Shown in pieces: positions 1 to 25,200 of a stretch of 64,000 nt of DNA. The stretch comes from Acanthaster planci (Eukaryota): assembly GCF_001949145.1 (NCBI RefSeq), contig NW_019091355.1, positions 4,041,374 through 4,105,373 of the forward strand, read 5' to 3'. Made by a program: the position numbers and the translations under genes. The notes beneath the pieces were generated by a model. That model ran no database searches, had not been told where the DNA came from, and worked only from the letters and a program-made list of their open reading frames with translations. Every line of letters starts with the position of its first letter. Positions within the stretch are counted from its first letter, which is position 1.

Positions 1-123
1 TTAAATTTAGAGTTACAAAACTGGTGTTTAGTTTATCCTAAAAGTCGTGAAGCTGCTGCTTAGGATCGATCTCTGAGGCATGCTGTGGCGAATCTCAGTT
101 GATTTGCAACTACATGTACATAA

Positions 124-213
124 TGTTCGGTAGGTTTTGTGCAAAAAATATTGGGAGCCAAGGACGATGTTCGGTACAGCCGAATGTTCGGTATAGCGAT
201 GTTCAGTATAGCG
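124..213. repeat. Short tandem repeat, ~14-16-bp unit (ATGTTCGGTATAGCG-like), 3-4 copies
   Basis: atgttcggtacagccga / atgttcggtatagcg / atgttcagtatagcg in series, plus one spaced copy at ~124. Confidence 0.55.
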
Positions 214-774
214 ACATTCCACTGTACATGTACATCATTCATCCTCAATCCTCTAAAATCCTCCAGCCTTTAAAACACTATTCATCCGCCGTCGTCCATG
301 CTTCAATCATTCATTCTGAATCCTCCCAAACCACCTGGAGGGTTTTGGAAGATTGAAGTGGGTTAGGGTTAATGAGATATTACTTAGTGTGGACAGCGTT
401 TGGGGGGGAAGATTTGACTGAAAAAATGCAGTTTTAAGGCAGAATAAACGGGCATATTCAGAATCCCAGAGCGTTACAAACCAATGAAAATTTGGAACTG
501 TATGGGACACGGAGAGTGCCTCACAATTCTGGAAGGAGATAGCTCATAGATGCTATAAGCCTAGGTATTCATCATAATTAGATGAAAGTCAGTGTGTTTC
601 ATCATTCTAGACATGTATAAATGCATTTTTTTCCCTTTTTCCCAGAAGTGTCCACCCACAAAATAGGAGTCAAAGATTGGTTAGGCCAACAAGCTCTTAC
701 TAATAATTGACTTTCTTTTTAAATCAAACTTTATCATGTTCATGCGATGCTAATGCTTTTCATGTGAATATCCA

Positions 775-892
775 AACTAACGTCCCTGACCGTATAGTCA
801 CCATGTCCCTTATTTTGCCACTTACTGTGAAAACCAACCAGACTTGACCGTAGGTGGCACAATTGGGGACCTGGTGACTATGGACGTTAGTT
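775..892. mobile_element. Fold-back/MITE-like palindrome (~118 bp)
   Basis: aactaacgtcc..atagtcaccatgtccc..tgccacttac pairs with gtaggtggca..ggggacctggtgactatggacgttagtt. Confidence 0.6.
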
Positions 893-1238
893 GTGCAGGT
901 AGCCTCAGAGCTGACTGCTATTTTCTCTCTGTTGGCTGAAGTGACGTATCAGAAGGTGCTAACTTGTCCCTCTGATAAATTGTCCTAAAATGTCAAATGT
1001 AGCAGGAAACATATTACTGTGTTTACTTAAGAATTAGGCCCACTTACTAACTTCAGTTTTCAGACCAGAAACATAGGGTTTGTGTTCTGAGTGTCAAGTG
1101 ATGTAAGTTTATGGAACTCTTTCCTCAAAACTTGCTCCAGTGCATCTGCGGACAGATGACACGTTTATTTCTGAAAAGCTAACTTCCAGACTTCGATTCT
1201 CTTTTTACCGGTGCAGCATCTTACACACCTCACTCAAA

Positions 1239-15743
<14,505 letters not shown>

Positions 15744-18036
15744 ATTGAATTTTACTTTGTTTATGTTGATTCCCGTTTTATAATTCGCTTAGACGGTCGG
15801 ATCGTACGCGTACATTGGTGCTGATTTGCACCTTCGGTTTAGATTGTGATTTCCTATATTGTGTTTTATGTTAATTTTTTTTATGTAGAACAAGTTTTGG
15901 ACCCTCATGGGCATTCATGAATCGTAGCATCCAGTAGGTGCTAACCGAGAGCTGTCAAAATTCAAAGAGCACCCAAGGAGTGCTGTAGTTCTAGGGAAAA
16001 AAGGCACCGAAATGGTCAAACGCCTTCATTTATTAAATTCTGTGGACTGGGCGGCAGTGTCCGCTTGACTCACACAGGTTAGTTTGTGATGCAGTAAAAA
16101 AAAAAACCAAACTAACAACGGGTGCGCTAAAAACTTAAGTTGGTCTCTCAGAACATACAGGGGAAGTGCTTGTCTGGGAATAATACAAAATGGCGGAGAA
16201 TGGGGCCGTTTATTACAGCCTATGCAAATTTGAATTCTACTTCATGTGCATGTATTAATATACCCATTTCTTGTGAAGTGCATGACTTTGTACTACATTT
16301 CTACATGTTTTGCAAACTAGTCACTTTGTTGAGCAAAAGATAACTGCCACTAGAGTGGAAAATTAAATTCGTGCTTTGAAGCATTAAAATGATATACTGT
16401 AATCAACTGAAGTTCCATTACGCTGAAGCGAAAGCATGCTATTGCATGGCCTTAGGTATCTCTTCGAAAACAAGACAAAAATTAATGTCAAGTTTGGGCA
16501 GTGTACTACATTTCTTAAATGTGTTGACCTCTCCTTTGGCTTCATTTAAAACCGATCAAGGTTTCAAGATTGCAGCGGCATATTTTATTCTGACGTAATA
16601 GGCATCTGCATCTATACATTCTTGTACCCGTTCCTTTCATTGACACTCTGTAGATAAATACACTTGATTTATTTTCAAAGATGTGATCCACATTGGATCG
16701 ATAATATTGAAAGCTGTCATTCGTAGCAGCTTTGTGTAGATAAGAAAAGAATATCTAAGTGTGTAGGAATCATACCTGCAGATGCAATCTGTTTTTAGGT
16801 GCAAAAAGTGAATACAAGAAGCATTTCGCTCAATTCTTTACCATGTTTCTGTTCCACCGTATGCAAGTTTTGTTTTGCTGGAACCGATTTCCAATGCTTC
16901 GACTTCACTGCAAGCATAAAGTGTATAACTATCATCAGTACCTAAGGCCGGTAAACATTTTTTAGTTGCACGTAAGCAACTGACTTTAATTTAGCTAAGC
17001 GTTTGTATTTATTATTCATGTTAAGTACCCTATAGTCTGTCACAGGGGTGTGGAGCAGAATGAAGTCACTGTTGATGTCAGGAACTTGACAAAATTGTAA
17101 GTAACTTTGAAGACTGTAATGATGAGAAATAAATACCGGCAAAGTGTGATATTTCAATGTTTTGTTTTAAACACTTGCTCCAAAGAGTGAAGTCATACTT
17201 ATTGTTCACAGGAGCAAGTACAGCTATCCAGAAGCTAATCTAGTGAACGGAGAGGGGGATAAGAATGATGACTTCACCGATGTAAAGAAAAGTGGTGAAG
17301 TTGTTCCCGCTGATGATTGTTAGCGGGGAAAAAAAAAAGAAATCGGAGATGATGAGGTGAAACTCGTCTCGAGTGAGATGTCATTTGAAGAGTCAGATTC
17401 GCAAGATAGGCAAGATTTGTCCAAGTCACTTGGGGCCACTTTTTAAATAATCACCGTCACGCATGAAAGTGTTGAAAGGGAAGCCGAATCTGATTTTGAC
17501 GGCGGTGTCTGTCCGAGGCTTCAGTTTCTTGCCAGTGTGCGAGCAGAGAGAGAGTGGGTTCTGTGTGGAGCACATGAAATGCTAAAAAGTAAGGTGCTGT
17601 TGCATGGGTTGACATTCCTGTGCCTCCAGACGTCATCTAGGTTGAGAAGTCTGCATGAGACTTCAATGTGGTGACATGCTTTTGCCTTAGTCACCATGAG
17701 AGGGAGTGAAATTTAGACAAATTAAGAAAGACTGAGAATTTTAAAAGTTATGGAAGTGTGTACGGTCAATCTCTGGCATCTTTTGCTGTGGTGCAGAAGA
17801 GGCGTGCTTAAATTGCCTAAAATAATATAAAAAGTCGCTACTTTATATGCCTCCTTTGATATTCAAAGGACTATTGAAAATCTAGTGGATTTATTTTCTA
17901 TAAATTATTACATAAAAGAGCCTTCAATGCAGTTTTTGAATTAAATGATAGCAATATTAGCCTACAAGAATTGGGCAGTGTATGGCCACTTGAGTATAAG
18001 TTATGATTGTGAAGCTTTAGTACTCGGGGGAAGATG

Positions 18037-18412
18037 GAAATAAGCCATTTGCAAGTTAAATTTGAATAAGATCTGGTAATGTACACTGCGTTGCCCGATT
18101 GCACTTTAATGAAATGATTTGAATTCCCTTGACTAAAGACACTGTTGCCGTACCTCGTGATTCGGGGCAAGCTTTCGCATAGGGACCACCATCTCTGGAA
18201 TGGACTGGTTCCTTTGTGCCCTTCTTAACCATTGAGAATAGTGTATTGTTGCAAGGCGTCTCTTATGTAACTAAGCAAAAGCTTGCCCCGAATCACAAGG
18301 TATAGCAACAGTGGTTTTAGTATGGAGAATTCAAGTTGTTACATTCACACGAATTTAAAGAACTCAGTGTACCTGATTTTGGTCGAAGTTAACTCGCAAA
18401 AGGCTTATTTTC
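18037..18412. mobile_element. Fold-back element with long (~140 bp) imperfect arms
   Basis: actgttgccgtacctcgtgattcggggcaagcttt pairs with aaagcttgccccgaatcacaaggtatagcaacagt; outer gaaataagccatttgcaagttaa pairs with ttaactcgcaaaaggcttattt. Confidence 0.7.
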
Positions 18413-19243
18413 TCATGTTGCTGATAAATGTTATGTGCTAGTTTGCTACTAGCCAGTGTATGTATAATCAATTATGGTGCCATGAAGGTTGTAACTGTTG
18501 TGCAAAGGGCCTTTTTTTGATGGGTATGTTGCTGTAGGCCTATGTGTTGATATTCTCTGCTCTGTCAGAAAAAAAAAGTTGAATTTTTAAGTTTGATATA
18601 TTGTCTTCACTGTTTGCAATGAACCAACTTGTGCATGCACAAAATGAAACATGTCGTTCAGTTGGGATATCAGTACACTGTCTAGCAGAGTCTCGACACC
18701 TTTGATTCGACATGGCATCGGTGGGTTTTGTTTAATCCTGAATGACGTTGCCTTGTCGAAATACCGAACTAGTGTACGGGAGTAATAAAGTTTGTTGTTC
18801 ATGATTGGATGATACCTGAGGCTTTTTTGTGGCTTCTGTTTGGTATTTCCATACTGTAGTGTCTGCGATCAGGCCACTTTTTTTTACCCTTTTTCCCGAT
18901 TTCACAAAATTTTGTTGCTGTTCCAAAGTTTCCATTCGGAGTTTGTCATTTTTAGCTCAATATCAAATTCAAGGTTTGCCTGAAATTTGGCTTTTCCTTC
19001 AAATCCCTACGAAATGAATTTTCTGCAAAAAGAAAGCATTTTTTGGCATAAGTCCTTTCTTTGGGCTGGAAGAATATACAATTTGTGCAATTTCAGGTTA
19101 TTTCAAAGTGACTCTTCAAGTCAAAATAGAACTGTAATGTGCATGTGGTGTGAGGAATCGGGTTGCCACTTTGCTGCAGACTACCTCTAGTAAACGCCCC
19201 CAATGAGAAGTGCACGTAGTTCAAAATCTGAGTTTTATTAAAC

Positions 19244-19321
19244 TAGCCAGCAGAGGGCGCCATGCAATTACACCACATGTCTGCATTTGACTCGTGAGAC
19301 ACCTGCAATGCTTCGGAAGTG
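19244..19321 (+). promoter_or_regulatory. CTCF-like core motif plus ETS motif; probable TRMT10A promoter region
   Basis: TAGCCAGCAGAGGGCGCCA (19244-19262) matches the CTCF core; CGGAAGTG at 19314-19321; strong donor CAG|GTGAGT at 19462/19463 downstream. Confidence 0.45.
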
Positions 19322-19329
19322 ACTAGATA

Positions 19330-19462
19330 CTAACCCGTGAAACCTGGTCTGCTATTTTTCTCAAGACTCTTAGAGGGTTCATTTTTATTCGCAGGACACT
19401 GCATGCGATAAAACACACTGGGGAAAAAAGATATTGGAAACCAATCGATAAAAGCGAAACAG
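19330..19462 (+). other. TRMT10A: Putative non-coding first exon of TRMT10A-like gene (start approximate)
   Basis: Consensus donor AACAG|GTGAGT; matching acceptor (T)10-AG at 22055-22056 just upstream of the ATG at 22073. Confidence 0.4.
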
Positions 19463-19702
19463 GTGAGTGCTGTTGTAGCTGGTTGCAATTTTGAACTGAC
19501 AAAAAAGCTCATTAGACCTTGGCTAGGCCCAGACTTTGGGCCAGTCTACCAGACTCCCTCCCAGTCGAGTCAGGAGCTAGACCTTACCTTGGCTTGCCAT
19601 TTTCATAACGTTACCTGCTCGCTGTTCCTTCCTCCATGCTGTTAGTGTTACATGGTTAAGTTTTCATGGTTTTTGTTTTGGCCTTTGTGTTCACTATTGT
19701 TA

Positions 19703-20720
19703 GGGGCCATTTAAAACTTTAGAATTAGATGTTTTTAAATTTCGATTTTTCGTTGAAAATGTTTTGATCCACCCACCCACCCCCAATTTCATTTGTTTAT
19801 TCTGTGTTGTATCCACTTTGCGCTTAGGCCTACGCGACTTGTGGCAGCATGCATCTGGCCAGAGCGACGAAAACAACCCAAGGTGAATGCACTTTTGGCA
19901 TTTTTTGCCATGCAAAGAAATGTAAATGCATTTGTTTTCACCTCGCACTGACCTGAGGTCACGTAAGGTCGCGTCCGCGAATAACAGTTGATGTAGCTTG
20001 CATAGTTTAGTAGTGGCCATGTTGAATGCCGTGTCGCAACCAGATGTATGAATTCGTGTTACAGTGCTCCCATATTTAAGTAATGCTCTTCTTGATAAAA
20101 GCTGTTTTTTCCGCACCTGTGACTTTTTCTAAACCTGTTCCTGAACCTGTAATCAAGAACACTTGATTACAGTGCTTTCAAGGCCAAATATCACGTCCCA
20201 GATAAAAAACACCAACATATTTACGTGATCTCATGCAGCAGCGCATTGACTGAAATGGGCCGGCCATCGCTCCGTTCAAGAGCATGCCCAGAGACAAACA
20301 GAAAATCGGGTTTCACTGAGCCACAGATAAGACATCTACATGCTTTGAGACCTTGACATAAGTCTATGAAATTGAAAATTACCAATGCATAAAGAGCAAT
20401 ATCATTTTGTGAACTAACTTGAGAAAATAGTTCTGTATTTTTTGTTCTTTGGATGGTACGGATTCAGCCAAAAACCACCTTCACTGATGGAGTTTCACAC
20501 TGTACATGATACACAGGTCGTTCTATCAGTAACTCGGAATGAGGTTGAAACAGATAACACGGAACGCTGAGATGGTGTGCATAATTCATCGGAGTCAAAA
20601 GATCGATTTATTGTTTTTTAATAAAAAGTGACTTTTGATTTTCAAAAATTTACTTTGACCCATCGACCCACTAGTTCGAAAAATCAAAATTAAACAACGT
20701 CGGAAATTTCGAATGGCCCC
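19703..20720. mobile_element. Non-autonomous PIF/Harbinger-like DNA transposon (~1.0 kb)
   Basis: TTA|ggggccattt ... gaatggcccc|TTA; subterminal ttcgatttttcg / cgaaaaatcaaa; no transposase ORF. Confidence 0.7.
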
Positions 20721-22072
20721 TTACATGGAGGAATAAAAAGGAAATTATTCCTCCATCTTTTCTTACACGTGCTGAGATAGAGACCTATGTTTGTGTATGA
20801 TAGTACTTGTGTCAGTTAACCTTATTTTGAAATTGGTTAGTTTTGTTTTAATCTTTATTTTGGCATGTTTGGAGCTTGTTTGGAAATTTTATGTTTTATT
20901 TTGTTTCATATTCATGAAATATTCCTCTGAATTCCAAGGCATTGCACTTCAATATTGCTTTGATGTGTGCACCAAAAAGTGTTTAAAAGTAAAACAAAGA
21001 GAAAAAATCCCTACTCACTGTTGGCATGGTTGGTCACTTTCTGTCATAATTTTGAACCCCAACAAAATTTTAGAAGGGGGCCACAGTATTTTGGGGAATA
21101 GAAATGTGAAAGGCGGTTTAGTCACTTAGGGGGACAGGTTTAAAAGAAGGGGCCTCTTCTCGTTTCACAGGAAAAACGCAAAACGGTTTTCCCTGTACCA
21201 TTTTTCTCATGATGGCAATCACCTGTACGAAGGTCGTAGTTAGTTGTATGGTGCTCAAAATCCTCCCAAATTTATCTCCAAACACAGCACGTTCAACACC
21301 CTTACAATTTCAAATGATATGTTCAGGTAAATGTTTTTACATTAGTCTATAAACAAATACAGTATACATGTACTCCTGAAAAAGTAGCCAATAACTATGG
21401 AAGTTTTTCCAACAAGGCTAGGCCTACTCGATTTTAGACAAGTTTGCAATTACATGTATCTATATCCATTTCCTCAGCAATTAATTCTTGTGTAGGCCTA
21501 TATATTCTCACAGGATGACATCACTGAGTGTTGGTTCTTTTTTCTGATTGGTCAGTTAGTGGCTGTTCCACATTTCACACTTGGTACTCAAAGGGGCAAA
21601 AATAGTGTTGTTGTGTACGGAGAAAATCTGAATTTACTAAACTCTTAACCTTTGCATCAAATATGCTTGAAATTTCACTGGTTATGCACTATGAATGTCT
21701 CCCACACTGCACTGAAAAAGTTTCAGTCGGGTCTGTATTTTGTCCCTTTTTGAAAGTCAGAATTTTTGGCCAAATTTACCACCTGCAAGTGGTTGAGAAT
21801 AAATATCCATGTGTAGAAAAACAACTCAGGGGAAACCAACCAGATTAAAGACATCAAACCCTCCCAAAACTCCTTCAATCTGATTTGTTTTTGGCAGGGT
21901 TTTTCTGCAGTCAAGTCCGGAAATGAAGATGAGATCAGACAAGTGCTGTGTTTCCAACACGTAATGGGCCAACACTTTGTCATTTGTAAATGTGTAGATT
22001 GGGAGCAGAGCACACGTATTTGGTAAATGACACAGGATGGTTTGGTTTTTTTTTAGATTAGAACAAAGCTTT

Positions 22073-22254
22073 ATGGATGATACCAAAGGGATCAAATCAG
22101 ATGTCGCTGACGCTGCAATGTCAGCCAATCAAGATGAGAGAGATGGGACACAGGAAGAGGTTTCCACAACCTCTGGGACTGTCCCTGTGTCGAAGAACCA
22201 GATGAAGAAGATGATGAAGAACGCCGAATGGAGAGAGAGGAGAACGGCCAAGAG
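22073..22254 (+). CDS. TRMT10A: TRMT10A coding exon 1 (MDDTKG...SKNQMKKMMK...TAKR)
   Basis: ATG at 22073; donor AG|GTATGA. Confidence 0.82.
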
Positions 22255-25200
22255 GTATGAGCAGAGTCGACGATTCCTGCTGAGAAAAAAACAAAACAAA
22301 TAGAAATGGGATTTCTCGTTCAATAGCGGACGAGGTCTAAAGGGTTCTGTTTGTAACTCGAGCCACATGCAACAGGCTCATCTCCAAGCCTTACCTGCTT
22401 CATTCCTTCAGGCTGAAGGAACGGGAGAAGAGAAAGCTGAAGAAGATCCAGGAGCGAGAAGGAATGCCGGAGGCCCTGGATGATGGGCAAGTCCGCATCA
22501 AGAGACGACGGATGAACGACCCAGAGGCTAGCGAAATCCGGGTAGCCATTGACTGCACCTATGACCACCTCATGAATGACTTGGTGGGTGTTGCTAGAGA
22601 AAAAGCAGAGTCCTGATTTACCGTCGTAGATCCCTTGAACCAGGCTTTGTATGATTTTGGAAGTTTTTGTGGGATTAAGTAAGGTGTAGACCACCACATA
22701 CTGTAACCCTAACTCTCGGGAGTTTTTTGGCACCAAACCATGCCAGACATGCATGTACATGTATCAGTCTGCATCAAATTGTGAAAATGGCTTGCCTGTG
22801 ACAACATCCAGTGGCCTGGGAATCTGTGACCGCCAGCTACCACAAGATCCAACATTGCCACCGGGAAAAAAATGTACTCCATGGCTCACACTGACGAGCC
22901 ATACAATACCGCTGCACGCTAATCTGGCCCCTATTGAAAAGACACCATCAGCGCACTGTGCCAGTTTTGGGAACAAAACATAATTACATAACACTGCACA
23001 ATCAGGGCTCTCTTTACAAGTCGGCAGGCCTGGCTGAAATACTCAGGTGTCAACAGATGTTGTCTGTCAGATTAGAGTAGCCTCCAGACAGTCACTCGAT
23101 GGGGTTTGGGCATTCAGGGAAAAAAAGACATGAATTTTTGAAGATTTTTGACAACCAAAGATATCGAAAAATCGTCCGGTATTAGACACTGTATTTCCAA
23201 AGGCACCCGGTATCAAGTGGTTAAGGAGGGTTTCCACCCAAAATTATTTTATTGCAGTCGGAGTTTAATTTTACATATCATCACAGCAGTTGGCGTGATT
23301 TAGGCAATTACCTTGACCATTGATATAAATCCATTCAGACATCATGTCTGGAACAAGTGGCCATCAATCAGTAGAGTAACGGTGCTAACAGAGCAACTGT
23401 GCAGAGTTAAACTGTGTGTGGCCTGAACTGGGTTACTCTGTCTCGTCGGGCAGGAGATCAAGAAGCTGTGTAAGCAGGTGCAGCGATGCTACGCCGAGAA
23501 TCGCAGCCTCACCAACAAGCCGCTGCAGCTGTACATCTGCGGCTTGGTGGGGCGATTCCAGCAGATCAGCGATCAGGTCATCACTGGCTACAAAAGCTGG
23601 GATGTAAGTAAACGATGGCCATCATCACCTCAGTCTCCAAATAATAGCAGGGAGTCAGGTTGGTGTAGTGGCTCTTCCCTCGCCTTCCACCTCTGTGACC
23701 TGGGTTCGAATCCCACCTAGGTCAGCACGTGGATAGGGTTTTCAGTCCCTGCCTGATTCCATTGGTTTTCCCTGGAATATTTATCCAAGGTTTAACTCCC
23801 AACGTCTAGAGGTGAATATTTCTTCATTGTCTCCTTAATTATCACTTTTTCCTGTAATTGGCACAAAATGCGCTGTTGGACGAGCAGACATAAATAAATA
23901 ACAGTATTGGATTCAGGCATCACAGGTTGGATTAGCCAACCTTTATCCATGTATGCTACACAAGTACTTAGCCACCGTTGCTTTGTAATTAACTATAATG
24001 TTTTTAAAGCAGTGTCAGAAGCAAACTTGGTAAAACCTCTTGCTCATGGACACGAGGTCCATGCCCTAGAGCTTAATCATTGCAAAGGGCACATTTTTCT
24101 ACATTGTGTAATGCATCTCCTTCGAAAGAGTCCATGACTGAGTTAGTCCCCAACTGTAGTTTGTCCCCCCCCCCAAAAAAATAGAAAAGAAAAAACAAAC
24201 AAAAACCAGGTCGGCAATTCTACTCTTGTAATTGCGCAGGTTCACTGGAAGACGGATGGACCTGAGGCAGCATTCGGCAGGGACAACATCGTGTACCTGA
24301 CGTCGGAGTCACCCAATCTGCTGACAGAACTGCAGACAGACAAGGTGTACGTCATTGGCGGTCTGGTCGACCACAATCACTACAAGGTATCAGGACTTCA
24401 TGATGCAACATGGACACAATAAACGGATTACGCCCCGCTAAGTCACATGACCTATAGTTGGTATCAAACATCAACAGACATGGTGTCCTCCCATAGCAAA
24501 GTTTAAGTGCTGGTCACGAAAGGTAAAGTCTATTTTCGGTACAGTACTTAGCACGGCAGTAGTCAGCGTGCTGTACTGACCGTCGGCTTTATCTGTCTAT
24601 CACATTAGAGCTAATTTACATGTATGTTGGTGCTGCTTAGCTCAGGGACTCGGTAAGCATAGAGCATACCTATAGCAGAGCCTGCTTTCCATCCACAGTG
24701 TCACATGATGCTTGCAGGCAGTTTCCTACCTGCTAAGCAAGTTTCTTTGAAATCGGCTCTTGTAGGGTTCTTTGAAATCACATGGGGCGTTACCTACAGC
24801 ATAAGAAACCCTGGTGTTGTTTGAATTCAGGTCACTGAGGTTTATGTTATTTTTGCAAATTGCTACCCAAGATTTCTTAAGAAATGAGGGTGTGGACTTT
24901 TGTGGATTTTCGGAAGTAATCTCATTCAACACGAAGTAATGGCCCGAGAAAGAGCCAAGGCTGTGAAGGTTTTGGAAAAAATTAAGATATACATGTACAC
25001 GCTTGGAAGTATTTGAATATTAAGTTCCTTAACCCTAACCCTCCTCAATCCTTCACCTGTTGGAGGACTGTGGAGGGTTAGGGTTAAAATACTTGCAGTC
25101 AGGAAAGGAGAGAAGAATCAAGCATCACTTCTCATTGCTCGCAAATGGTCTAGAATGGTGCTCATATGAGCAAGTTTGAGTGAGGAGTAAAGTTAACCTG

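Noticed and set aside
19700..20116. 138-aa ORF as a transposase fragment
   Set aside because: No DDE or Myb/SANT-like motifs recognisable.
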